DNA from: Phoronis australis
Taxonomy: Eukaryota; Animalia; Phoronida
DNA: 64,000 nucleotides
Direction of reading: 5' to 3'
NCBI GenBank assembly: GCA_002633005.1
Contig: NMRA01000021.1
Location: 1,618,119-1,682,118 of the forward strand
Shown: piece by piece, positions 25,645 through 38,830 of the stretch
How positions within the stretch are numbered: position 1 is the stretch's first letter
Layout: every line of letters starts with the position of its first letter
Program-made: the position numbers and the translations under genes
Notes under the pieces: generated by a model
The model's input: the letters and a program-made list of their open reading frames with translations, nothing else
The model's database searches: none
What the model was told of the DNA's origin: nothing

Positions 25645-27285
25645 TTTATATGACCAGACTGATGACACTGATGTCCACAATCGACAGCAAAGAGGAATGC
25701 GAATGGGGGCAAATAAGTGCTGATTCACCAAGCAGTCATACGTGAATTTGGAATCCTCAGTCAACTCGAGTTTACGCGCTTNTGAAATTCCGCAATTGTA
25801 CAACAAAATTAATTTCTTTCTATATGGATGTCAAGAACTTAACTCAAACGAAAATAAGGTTTTATTTGAAATAGTATCAGAATTTCTTTATAACATTAAA
25901 TCTCTTTGTGTGAGTGGATAGAATTTTATACATCTGTATGAAAATGAATTATTTTCATTCGTTGTCATATATCATTGTATTCTTAACATCAGTTTTTTAT
26001 TTATATATTCGTATATAATCATTGTATATAGACTTCTTTGTATTTTTTACCTAGATCTAATGCCTCTTGGCGCTTTCTGGGCTATGTATATTCATTGTAT
26101 TCTGAAGATTTCGTAATAAACATTAAAAAAAACCTTGGTCTCGTTCTCAATGAATTTCTCCTGAGCAACGTTACGAAATTTTTATGTACCGTTTATCAAT
26201 ATTGTTGCTTCTGATTTCCATACATGAATCTGTACATATTTTTGTTTTTATATATTCGTAATAGCAGATCTAAGTGTTGGACTACTTATATTAGATACTA
26301 TACTTAAATGTAAATACCTCTATGTAAATTAGTTTTAATTATGAATTGTTTACAACCCAGATATAATGCTTCGCGATTTCTGGGTTTGTCATTATTTCTT
26401 TGTATGTTCTGTGTATTCTTCAATAAACATATTTCACTTAAAAACTATGGTACACGCAAGAGACCATTCCTGCGCACCCTAGGAGATATATACGTAATGC
26501 CATCTGGTGGGCGCAGTGTTAAAAATGGCGAGTTACTGATCGTGGGAACTGAACGAGGGACTGCTCGGAGAAAAAGTTTGATAACGGGAGTATTTATTCG
26601 AGTTGGAAGGAATTAAATACATCGACGTCATCTATGCGCAAAAGGTATGTTATAACAACATGACTTTGATGTTTTAGTCAGTACGAGGCATAATTCGCTG
26701 AAAAGCTTCTATTATATGAAGCTCCTATAGGAGCTCCATCGTCGGTGCCAGTAGAGACAATGATCATTGTATAATTGTACCGGAAGCTTTTCGGCGAATT
26801 ATGCCTCAAACTGATTAAACCATCAAAGTCACGTTGCTATGAGTACCTTTTGCCGTCAATGTCTTTAATTCTTTCCAACTCGAACAACTCCCGTAATCAA
26901 TTTTTTTCCGGTCAGTCCTTTGTTCGGTTGCCCAAACCGGCAACTGGCCACTTTTACACTGCTCGCGCCGGGAGGTACGACGTTCGAGTTGGAAGGAATT
27001 AAAGACATCTACGGCATCCTAAGCCTAAGGAGTCACCATATGCACAAAAGTTACTTTATGGCAACAAGACTTTGATGGTGTGAGGGATAATTCGCCGACA
27101 AGCTTACAAGATATATCAGGGGTTAGGCCGTGTCCTCACCTATAGTATCAGGTGAGACGCCCGCGCCAAGGCCGATGCGATGGCCGAGAGCCCCGTGCCC
27201 TCGGAAGTTAACATACCAGCTGCACTTTGACGTTGTCGTTAGACTTCAAACAGCTATTTGACTGATTAAATTGAGCATAGCTTAC

Positions 27286-27314
27286 CAATAGATGACATGG
27301 ATTTTCACAACCAT
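27286..27314 (-). CDS. SELENOW: Duplicate SELENOW coding exon 1, copy 2 (MVVKIHVIY[C])
   Basis: Intact ATG, frame and TG|gtaag donor; upstream region retained. Expression unknown. Confidence 0.6.
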
Positions 27315-27439
27315 TTTTACCTGACCAGCCTGATGACACTGATGTCCACAATTGACAGCAAAGAGGAATGGGGGCAAATAAGTGCTGATTCACCAAGCAG
27401 TCATACGTGAATTTGGAATCCTCAGTCAACTCGAGTTTA

Positions 27440-27515
27440 CGCGCTTGGTCGCCTAGAACAGCTAGCCCTGGAATGCCAACTTCGATCTCGAGGTTGCACC
27501 GCGCATGCGTGACAT
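27440..27515 (-). promoter_or_regulatory. Probable SELENOW proximal promoter
   Basis: CpG-rich stretch just upstream of exon 1 with an NRF1-like GCGCATGCGT; the same sequence is at about 60410-60485. Confidence 0.4.
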
Positions 27516-28106
27516 TCTTTTATATTCATTTGTTCCAGTGAAGGTTGCTGCTACCTAATCCTTTTCGCAACTCCGCCGTTTTTCAACCAAATTGAGTAAG
27601 AGTCATATCATCAGAAAGCCATTTAGGATGTATGTAGCAAACGATAAATAATTCAATTCACAAATAATTATTATTTCGCATACTTGTGACACTGAGGTTT
27701 AACTTAAACTAGAATGGTTTTCACTGAGTTTGAAACTCAGTGAAAACCATTCTAGTGTAACCAAAATGCAGCAAATAACAACAAAAGAAAATGAACCAGG
27801 GAGGTTTTATAGATGGCTAACTAAATAAGCGCCAAAATAAATGCACTGATTCAAAAGATTTCTACCCTATCAGGACAAATTTTTAGAATGTGGAACCTTC
27901 AAAGTTGCTGTGAAGAATTTAGTCAGGCATTCATCCAAAAGTATACATCTTTATACATTAACTGGACCTTTAGTGCCGTTTGATACAGTTTTTCAGTAAC
28001 AATTCAAGAGACAATGACATTTACAAAAAATGTGATGAATTGATCTACCTGAAATTAGCAGATAACGGCTTTCTGACGGACTCGAGCAAAAATCTATTGT
28101 GTAGGT

Positions 28107-28290
28107 TTGAAGTGTACTGTGGATAGATCGTTACTTAGGTTGCAGTGTAGAACTTTCCATAATAGTTTAGAAACAAACCAATTTCTTCAGAAAATAAATA
28201 TTAGAGGTCTTGACACATGCAACGTGTGTTACCGAAAACAAGAGCCTACATTGGAACACATTTTCACGATAGTTATGTTACTAAAATGTG
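28107..28290 (+). mobile_element. L1/Tx1-like LINE C-terminal zinc-finger relic within an old repeat
   Basis: LQCRTFHNSLETNQFLQKINIRGLDTCNVC..EPTLEHIF resembles the zf-RVT region. Related DNA at about 43070-43230 and 61600-61780. Confidence 0.6.
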
Positions 28291-28943
28291 CAATCTGGAA
28301 AATAACAATATTCATGACAATAAAACAATGTAATTCTGAACACCTGTCGCATAGTTTTCAACATTCGAAAACGAGGAAACCGGACAACTTGCGGATGAAA
28401 AGCGGGACACCTGAGTTTATGCCAAAACGCAACCTTGGTTGAAATTTCAGCGCAATAAAGGAAACGTCACAACAGCGTTTTGTTGTCGAACGGGAGACGT
28501 ACACCCAGAATCACCCGGCGACGTTTTTTGAAAAAACGTCGCAGTGCTTATTAAGTCGAATGAGAAATTACAGGTACCTCAAAAACCCTTCAAACACGAG
28601 TTCCATTTTTTCTTTTTAGTCAAACCGGCAATTACAGTTGTGTATATGATATTTCAATTTAACCGTGTGTCGAAAAGCGGGACATTTTGATATTGTGGCG
28701 GGATGGTGGCAAAAAATCAAAAAAGTGTTGTAGTCCACCAAGAGTGGATAAATTGGCAAGTACGATGTCAGTAACACAAAGTATTGGACTGGATTCTTTT
28801 ATAAGATGAATTTTGATTTTTAAAGCTGATTTCACGGTACAGATAGCATTCACTGCTCAGAAATCGAATTAACAATAAGTATCTGGGAAACATTGCACAA
28901 ATGAAATATGCAATTGAAAACAGTAATATTATTTTACATGCAA

Positions 28944-28989
<46 letters not shown>

Positions 28990-31900
28990 GCACAGCTACG
29001 CAATTGCGAGTAGTTAACGCACCTGTTGGTAGAGACAAAGCTTTTCAATTTATAATTGACCAATCGCCAGGATTTTGAGTGATGGCTTACCTGAGCATTT
29101 AGAACGCAGCATTATTGATACCCCTTCGCTTCCAAGCCGCCATTTTACCTGACAAACATCACGATGTTGGGTAAAACTTATTTTTTGTTAGTCGACATTA
29201 CGCAAGGGGGCAGAACAAACACTCAGAAACCAATTCGTAAACGTCAAACCTTTCCGTAAAATACAGTAACATTACTTTAACCCCAAAAATGCTTGTTGAA
29301 AAACTCCTAGCATGCAGTTTGGTAGGTTGTCCGGGGAAAGTGGTTCTAAGGTTGGAGATGAAAAGATATCAGAGGCCAGACTATTCCCGGTACCATGGCC
29401 GGCCAGGGCCCAGACACGGCCGGTCGGTGCGTGTAAAGAATGAACAATGTAATTTCCGGATTGCAAACTCTAATAGAATACGTTGGTCACGTGTGGGAGT
29501 TGGCATTTCAGAGTAGAGTTCAGTAACGCTAGGCGAATTGGGCAAAAAAGGTCCGCCTCAGTGAAACAAAAAGTCCACGTAAACGAGACAAAAGTCCACA
29601 AAATCCCACGGGAAGTCGGCACGGGTGCACAATTCGTGGGCCTGAACCAAGTGGCCCCGTTTTTTATTTAGTCTTTGTCGATTTCTTTCACTAAAAGGTC
29701 CGCACACCGAAAAATTCACCTCATCCCCCCCTACATTTTGGGCTAGGTGCGCGCAGGTAATATCTCAGGTAATCTCGCGAAGTCTTGCTTATTAGTGAGG
29801 TCGTAGTTTTTTAACTTTACGCAGGGCTAGAGTTAGAGCAAGCAAGTATTCGCCACATCTAGTGTGCAAAATAAGGAAATTGTCGTCTGATTGGCCGCGG
29901 AATATAGCGCTGATGGACATGAACTGGTGAACAGTACAGAGTTGGTTTGTCTTGTGGAGTTAACTGTTTCTGATTTAGTTATTTTTGTAATCTGTTTCGT
30001 ATGCTTCTGGGCTTCCCAGTACACAGATTGTGGACAGAAAAATCATGTGTGGTACCAGTCCGAAACCTGGCCTCAAAGGCATCTATAGTCAACTCTAGCC
30101 GCGGTCGGATGACAACTTGTTAAACGTTGTTTTTGTAGTGGCGTAGCCAGAATTAACGCGTCGCGTCGTACACAGGCAATGTAATGACTAGTTGTGGATA
30201 TGTTCGATCACTTGGCACCTCATGTCGTTGCCGAGCATTCAGGGCTGAGCGGGTGGACTCTGGCGTGTCTGGCGGCCGAGGGAACTCAGTGACCGTGAGA
30301 CTTTCAGTAGCCTCCCCCAATCGACCCCTCTTTGCACGTCTTCAATTTTCGGTGTATCCATTTTCTGTAATAGGCCTGGCATCAAAAATGTGGGGCGTTT
30401 ATAAACTCAAAGCAGATCTGTCCGAGTCGACAACTATGCCCGCCGGGCGACATGTAGACGGATAGTTTCCAACATGTCTTGCAAACTCGAAATTATTTTT
30501 GATACATTGGGTTCTCGTGACTTTTGACGAGCGAACTTAAGGCAAGTGATGATGGCCTAGGTGGACGGGGTTAAGAGTAGAAATCCTCCATGGAGTCATC
30601 GTCAACCGGCTAATAAAACACAGACCGAAAACACTGCGCGTGAGCAAAAATAATTTCTGAGTACAAAGTCAAAAATGAGCTCACACTACTCGGAGCAGCT
30701 AAAGACCCCTACCCTTATCTTAGAGATGATACGCTGTATTAACATTTCACTTATTTACTAAACACCAATCACGCACTCAGTAATTTCAAATACCAAGTTT
30801 AGTGATAGTGCATGGAAGTAACAACGCTGAAAAAATCCGACTCAAAGCATTCGTCAAGTTTAATGGCTGACTGGACCATGTGCGCGAGTATAGTCGACTG
30901 ATCACTGAGGAAACGTGGCCTACTGAGAATAACGTTTCAGTCCACTAATGTTTTCTTTCCATTCCAGTTCCTCCGTGCTATAACCTGTCCAGGCCACCGG
31001 AGCTTTACCTTGATCTTTTTAGATCACTTTTCTCAATGCACACGCCGTAACAATTGCATGGTAAACACCTAGTTCTGTGATTGGCTGGTGAATTTTTCGA
31101 GATCGCGTGCGTGATCTTAGAATTCCAAGTTTACGCACAACTCACATTTACCTGATCTTACACGCGAGCTATTTCAAATTCACGCACGACTACGCCACCG
31201 GTCACGCAAGCAGTGTGGTAGGCTAATATCTTGGAGTTCACTGTGCACCATAGAACAATAGACCATGGTAGAGTTCACTGTCTCGCAACGAGAGAAATCT
31301 AGCCAAAGTCACGTGCACTTGGCATTGAAAATACACTATTTCCGTTTTCCTCTGATCCTTGTGTATCCTAATGACTTTTCTGGCTTGCCTTTACAACAAA
31401 CTGTTCCACTAACTAGTAGCAGCTAGTACATGGTCGGAGTACAGAAATGCACGAGGTTTAAGTTGGATTTCGACCATTTTATTCGATGCAGGCCAACTGT
31501 AACAATCAAATCAGAGTATATATGTGCACGACGTCATTACACACAAGCCGTTATATGTCTGTACAACCATGTCGTTTAAATTGTCCATTACCTTTGGCGT
31601 GTCCCGCATACCAAATAAGGAGACGTGCTTTGCCTGGTGGGAGAAAAGTCGACGACTTGAAGTCATTTGACGAGCAGTTGACAGGTCGTTTTTTTAATTT
31701 GAAAATAAAGGGAAAATGCTTTGACATCACTCGAGAACAAATATTCAAATCTTTGTAAAAAAATTCATGAAAATACCTGGTAATCAGCATGACTTATGTT
31801 TCAGTGGCAGAGAATTACTTTGAATAATGTAATTAAGGTCAAAATAAACATTACTTTCTATGTAATTGTATAATAAAGAAAGTAATCGTGCTTTAACGAC

Positions 31901-34900
31901 AGATGCAAAACAACCAAAAAACTTGCACCGCACAGCTTATGAAACATAGTCCACCCGTGCTCGTAAATCCTTTAAAATTTAAAAGCTGAATTAAGTCTGG
32001 GGAATCACAAATTGAAAGTTATATTTCGCCCTCTTTAGGTGGCTAAGAACGAAAATCGAATTAGACTGTTTACTCTCAGATGTACATTTCCGTTACCAGC
32101 AAGAACATCGGAACCATCAACGACTCTAGAAAAAGCTTCAAGAGCGCCGGTTTTTTGGGTTATGCCGATCCTAAAATTGCCGTCTTTACAAAAGGCGGAT
32201 ACATTAGGCATTGTCTTAGTGTGCAAATCAACCTTTGAAGAGAGCCGAGTGTTGGTTAGCATTGCCTGTGACTTGAGTTTGCTGCTTAAATAGAATCCTG
32301 TCACGGTAAGGAGTAGTATTATGATACCGATCCTGTGAAAACAAAAGCCCTAATTTGATTTAGCTAAACCGCAGCCACAACCATTATGTTTATTACATTG
32401 ATCTTCTTCTTTGATATCAACAATACTGGCTCGGTATTTTAGCTGTCTAAACAAACGCGATTATATCATTCGATACAATTAAAAAGCACAACAGGACTGG
32501 AACGACGACCCGAACAGGGATATGACAGTACAAATGCCGGATTAACAACGTAGCAGAAATAGTATATGATTCGGGTCGTGTGCTTTTTCGGGCCCACGCT
32601 TACACTAATACTATAAGCGTATCATGTTTCCACGCCTATGGAAGCACTGACTTCAGGTGATGGGAATCCGATTTGGAAATTTTGTGTTGGGACCCCGCCA
32701 TTTTCAGGATTAAGGGCGAGGAACCCCACTGAGTTAGCGATGTTCAAAGAATTATAGGCCGGGTGTCGTAGTGCTGTGGCAAAAAACTAAAACCACGGGC
32801 CCGAAAAGTGCAGAGACCCATCAAGGCGCCGGGAATTCATTGACGTTACAGTTTGAATGGGGTTGTTACGATACAGGGCAACAAAAATTTGCAAAACTTA
32901 AATTTGCGCGAAATGTATCTAATTGACAAAGGTAGCATTCTTGATGTTATAGTTGGCACGCGAGCGCGGGGACCCTGATTAGCAATGTGTGAATTATCAT
33001 GAAATTGTCCAATTCGATCAACAGTTGGCGCCCAGAGGACACACTGTCTCATCACGAAAGAGCTTTGCATCGCTAAGGGGAAATGACACAGGTCTTGCTT
33101 TTTCTTGGAGATAGACGTTGTGTGATCATTTGAGTTAGGGGCCCCGCGCTTCGAATAATGCTACGGGCCTCGCAATTGCTACGCTGCTTCTCTTACCCGA
33201 TCCATCTAGCACCCTAAGCTGAATTGACTTGTTTGGTATGACGTACGCTATTTTTACCATTTGGACCCATTCAAATAAAATTAAAATTCCAAACCGCCTC
33301 AAAAGCAATGAATTATAATTTGGCCGGATTTACGTAGCGCTGAAAATTACTAGTAACCATTTCGAAAATTATTACCAGTGGCCATGGACCAGGTCTCAAC
33401 TCCTCGGGACCACACCGTATGACAATGGCAGCAACCGTTGTCGGAGCACACAGATTTACCCAAACATATAATTTTGAAAAATCCAAGACCTGCAACATTT
33501 TAGAAAATATGATGTGACTGTGGATTTGTATTCCAAATTTTTTAGTCCAGATCGCGTCATAATAGTGGCAGATACGTCATCACTAAACATTTCAATACTC
33601 CGATCTGACTACGTCCACGAATGAAGTGAATTTCCGGTTATCCGCTCGACTCAGTGAGTTGTGATCGAGTGTTGTGATTATTAATTATGCCTGATTTTAT
33701 TGGTTCATTTTCATTATGACATTTTTGTTCAACATGAAATTATTAAGCGAGGTTCTTGAGGTTCAGTTCCAGACAACCAGCTATTTTTCTGCAAAATTAG
33801 TCAATTGGTCAATTTTTTTTCACGCACCGACAGGTGTCCCTGGCTGAAAGCCGGGAATTTTAGTCTAGCCTTGATCCAGTGTCAGAGACACTTTCGGCAA
33901 CCCAGTGTCAATTCGATTTCTGAGCAGTAATCATCTAGAGTGAAATAAAATTAATAAAGAATACCCTGGGTAAAAGAATCCTATACTTTGTATTACCGAC
34001 AGCGTACAATGTACTCGCCAATTGTCCAACTCTTGCCAGGCTGCCATTTTTATCTTTTTTCCGCTATTCCGCCACACGGAAAAATTGACATATTGTCGTA
34101 TACTATTGTGATTTACCAAGCAACATAACCCTATTTTCCCCTTTGACTAAAAGAAAAACCCGAATGTTTCATTTTTTGCAGCAACTGCGTTTCCCATTCG
34201 ACTAACAAATGAAAAACCTTGTCGTGCGTTTTAGGGTGTAACCTCCTTTCGTTTTGGCAAGGACCCAGATGTAACGCTTCTTATCCGTATGCCCCGATTT
34301 TCAATCCAGTTGTCCCGTTTCTTCATTGTAGACTGTTGACAACTATGCAACAGTTGTTAAAAATAATATTGTCTTTTTGTTATAAACATTGTCACAATAA
34401 AATAAGTTATTTTAAACAGCCTACTTTCGTTAATAACGTAACAACCGTAAAATTGTGTTCCAATGGCTCTTATTTACAGCAACACACACTACACGTATCA
34501 CTATCACGGATTTTTACTTTGCGAAAGAATGAGTTTATTTCTAAATTTTTTTTAAAGTCCTAAATTGCAACGATGAATGTAATAAGCTAACCGCAGATGT
34601 TTGAACATTCTATAATCTATATGAAAAACCCTCATCTTCAAATTTCAGGTACGTATTTCGAGTAATGAGTTTATCGCATTTTTGTTACTAAAGAATGTAG
34701 TTGTTAGGCGCCACCTAAGGTCCAAAAATATATATAGAGATGTACAGTTTTGGATGAATACCTGACGAAATTCTTCACAGCAACATCAGTCGGTTATTCC
34801 AAGGTCTCAGACGTTATTAATTTATCCATGCTTGAATGAAACAAGAGATTACATTTTGTCACTTTCAATTATGAATCACGTTCGTTTAAACGCTATTTCT

Positions 34901-36858
34901 GAAATTACTAAACTGGACATTTGCAATAAAATTGATTCAAACCGTGTTCTTGCATTTTTGAATTTTTCAAAAATCGAACGCTTCTGTTAATTAACTAGAC
35001 AACTAATACATAAAGAGTTTCAATGTTACACTTTTTGCTATTTGTTACATTTTTGGAAGTACTCTTACTTTTTAGACTTAAAAATATTTTTAATCTGTGA
35101 GATCTGCAAAATGATATTTTTTGTGAAGTAAATTATTTTTCTTTTGCTTCTGGTATAACCATACACCAGCAAGATCACATGGAAGATTTTTAAAGTGCTT
35201 AAAACCACTATTTATCTTATTGTGACAAGTGACTACATTGTCAGCATCATTAAACCTTCCTCTATAGTACCACATATCAAAATCGTGAATTCAATATCAC
35301 AAAACAATCAACAGAAGAACAGAGACTTCAACTGAAAGTTTCTTAGCTCCACGGGCACGTATGAACGTGCCAAGAGCCAGTGTACCATGTTATGTCCACT
35401 TGAGCACGTGAGTTTCTCATGCAAACATGTGCCATATCCGCTCTTCTCTGATGTCCCGTGAGAAAGTGAAAGAAGGCATGGTGTGGTCAAATTCAAAGTT
35501 GTCACAACCACTACAAACGCAACGCCTCGCCATTCCTTACTATACCATAAACCGAAGGAAAATGAGCAGCAATATCTGATAACCTTTCACACTAAATTAA
35601 ATTCGCAATCCTCCTCTTGTTTTACTCTGCAACATAGCTCGTGGCGTACCCCGGGCAAAATAGATTACGATAAACATAATGGAGGATGGCCAGGGTTGTG
35701 ATTGGTTGTCCCAATTTTAGGTAGTAAGTATCGACGAATAATTGGTCGTAACTTGACATCACCTATTTTAATCGTCAGATAGTGTCTGCTGTTGTTCAAA
35801 ATTGAAAATTGATCGACTGGTTGTCGTTTTTTGGATTTTTTTTTTTGATAATGATATGACCCAATCGCCCAGGTGAACGTTTATTTTCGGCTAATCGCTC
35901 ACCTGACAATTTTTCAAATTTCTATCTTTGAAAATATGTACCAGGTTATACGCTCATCCTTACTTTGTACAGCAGTCCAGACTTTTAGTTCGTTATTGCA
36001 CTGCATCTTCTTGATTGCTTAAAATAGACGCAAAAATAATAAATGGCCACTAAGCTTATGTAGAATTCGCCAGAAAAAAAATAATAGAAATCTATTTGCA
36101 AAATTTCATGAAAATCTGCCAGGAAACTAGTGGTACATAAACATCATCTATACACGGTCTCCTTTGTATCTCTGGAAACGGAGCCTTACTCCTTTTCCCC
36201 TTCATCTCGGTCTATTCCATTATTCCCTTGTTTAGGACAACACGTCGTTTTTCCCGCCTTCGCATTCATGGTCTGCTGTTATCACGTGCCTCGAGTTTGG
36301 TCAGCTCTTGGGTCTTATAGGCTGATGATTGTCACGTGTCTTTAACGGCGTTTTTCATTGTTACTGTAACCTCGCTTTCAGTTCATTTTGTTCCGGCCAC
36401 ATTGTTGTATGTCAAAAACTCATTCAATTTTCCCACCCTCTTCCTCCCAGTTTTCGTCATTTTCTCGTACTTCCACGTTGCCGGCGCCAGAGATTTACCT
36501 ATTATACGTAATTTACCTGTATTCATTTTCATTGTTATTGTACTAGTCATAATAAGTGACCTTACATCGCCTACCTCGGTCTCCTTTTCATCTCTGGTAA
36601 CGAGCTTGCGACCCACGTATCATTTATCTATTATTTGGGACATATGTCGATCATAAACATCATTACGACTGCCACATTCCATTCATAAAGCAGCACGTAA
36701 TAAACATTTGAATACATAATATGCATCGTGTGACAACAGGTATAGGTTTAACGAGTCTCTTATGCAATAAAAGGCATTGCGTTAGCTTGTTTTAAAGACA
36801 TTCTTGTGAAACTGATGACAGAATCGTTTTGTGTCCGAGTTATATCCATGAGCAAGCG

Positions 36859-37845
36859 ATGATAAATTTTACGAACACTTCAGAACAGCAGGTGCCATGG
36901 TACGCACAAGAGACTATTCCCGACAGCGTCCTAACTTTACACATGGTGTTTGAACTTTTAATAATTTGTGCGGCTGTTTTCGGAAACTCTTTAGTGGTTG
37001 GATCGTACATGAAAAGTGTTGAAATACGTGAGGAGCCAAGCAACGTATTTATTGTTTCGCTAGCTATTGTGGACTTAACAACCGCCCTACTTGGTATTCC
37101 CGTCAATGTTCTACAAAAATTTATCACCCCGCTATTCTGGCGAAGCATGCCCGTTGAGACCCTGACAAGTTTCGAGATGTGCGTCTCTGCAATTTGCGCC
37201 AAGTCATTTCCGATCGGAGTTGCATATATCATTCTTGTAACTATTGCCATAGACCGCTTCATCTTTGTCGCCTTCCCGCTGCGCTATGGCGTCATTGTGA
37301 CCCATCGAAAATGCTTCCTGATGGTAATTGTCGCTTTTTTTTACCAAACGGTTTTCATAATCTGGATGGCATCAGCAGCTTCCAAAGAAACATACAATTC
37401 AGTCGCTGATCGATGTGTATTAAATAAAATCTACCATAGAGACAGCAACAGAGCCATCGGGTTTACATTTGGAACGCTCATTCCAATCATTCTAATAATC
37501 TCGTTACATTCGTCAGTTGCCGCTATCGCCTACCGAAAACAAAAGAGTGTGGTAACTCCGGGGGGATTTGTTGGTCCAGCTGAAGTGAGAGGATTCAAGA
37601 TTACATTTTTTATGCTCCGTCTCGTCGTTGTATTTCTGCTGTGCAATTTACCAGCTCTTATTGCCTTCATGGTCCCATTGACAGACGAAGTGCCTTGGTG
37701 GGTCAATTCTGTTAAAAACTTTGTTATTGAACTGGCCTTTTTAAACTCAGCATTGAACCCGATTGTTTACACGCGCTCGGCAAAGACATTTTCCAAAGAG
37801 TTTAAAAAACTTCTGCGTATTAAACCTACCGAAGTAGCAAACTAA
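36859..37845 (+). CDS. Intronless class A (rhodopsin-like) orphan GPCR, 328 aa
   Basis: Seven hydrophobic segments, GN in TM1, SLAIVD in TM2, DRF..FPLRY, CNLP in TM6, NSALNPIVY in TM7, N-terminal NFT/NTS sequons. The ATG at 36859 aligns with the paralogue start. Confidence 0.95.
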   Translation: MINFTNTSEQQVPWYAQETIPDSVLTLHMVFELLIICAAVFGNSLVVGSYMKSVEIREEPSNVFIVSLAIVDLTTALLGIPVNVLQKFITPLFWRSMPVETLTSFEMCVSAICAKSFPIGVAYIILVTIAIDRFIFVAFPLRYGVIVTHRKCFLMVIVAFFYQTVFIIWMASAASKETYNSVADRCVLNKIYHRDSNRAIGFTFGTLIPIILIISLHSSVAAIAYRKQKSVVTPGGFVGPAEVRGFKITFFMLRLVVVFLLCNLPALIAFMVPLTDEVPWWVNSVKNFVIELAFLNSALNPIVYTRSAKTFSKEFKKLLRIKPTEVAN

Positions 37846-38089
37846 TGAATTGCATCATGGTAATTTGGTTGTATTTTGTTCTGATCCGTAGACAGTTTCG
37901 TTTTACGACCGAAATACGAGTTTTGGGGGTTATTGTTGGATGGGGCTTGACGTTTTGAAGTTATTAGCTTTGACCAGAGCTTCAAAACAATAAAATCTGT
38001 TATGTTTTTGTGATTATATTAGTGCAGTGGTCGAAGTGAGGCAAGAGAAGATTTGTAGATAGTTTCCAGGTGGCTAATAGTTACTGTTT

Positions 38090-38830
38090 TTTGAGGATTT
38101 CTTCATTTTCTTGAACTGTTCAGAGTTTGCAGTGATTGGTTAAAATTAACCCATTGTCTAGCTCGATGCTGAGATGTTTGTGAAGTTGTTTCACTGGTAT
38201 ATGGTTTCCAAAAATTGACAACTTTTGCGTATTGTCTGGTGGTGAGAGGAACGTTACGCCGGCACTTTTCTCGGTCTTAGACTTAACCGTCCATTTTGGT
38301 GCCTATTGTTGAAGTTCATATAATTCGTGTTGAAGGCATGTACTTAAATTTGCATTGTGTTTGGAAAATGGTAAAAAATAGATGTGTAGAGGTATGGTTT
38401 TGCGTCAAGTGCATCAGGAAGGCCGTTAATGTACGCAAGGAAAGAAGACAGCCGAGGAACTCCCGGGCATTGCGCTTATCCGGTGTCTGATGTTCTGAAG
38501 TCTCACCGTCTATCCAGACACGGTTAATTGCGCGGTTAGACAAGTATGATTTTGAGAGGGTGTGTAATGTTCCACTCATTCCATAAGACGACAGCTTAAT
38601 GAGAAGAAAATCACAGTGAACTACGTCAAACTCCGAAGTCATGTCAAGAAAAGCTGATCGGATTAAATTTATGCAGAACAGTGCGACAAGGAGTGCTGAG
38701 GATGTTCTTATTTTGGAAAGGATTGCAAACCACAGTATCTAATCAGAAGGGTCTAGAAGACCGTTGATGCAAAGTAAGAATAAGAGGGGGCCAAGTACGC
38801 TACCTTCGAGTGCTCCAACATCATGACTCA
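38090..38830 (-). mobile_element. Decayed, partly rearranged LINE RT fragment
   Basis: FDVVHCDFLLIKLSSYGMSGTL..SYLSNR and [12 protein letters not shown] resemble the RT at 57410-57763. Confidence 0.8.

Larger units (their letters stand above)
25783..31008 (+). repeat. Segmental duplicate of 58767-63100
   Basis: Near-identical colinear sequence (LINE 3' ends, GPCR/SELENOW junction, exon 1, upstream region). About 29655-30950 is absent from the second copy. Begins at an N join. Confidence 0.95.

Noticed and set aside
36829-36858. ORF-track TTG start for GPCR 1
   Set aside because: Eukaryotic gene; the ATG at 36859 matches the paralogue's N-terminus.
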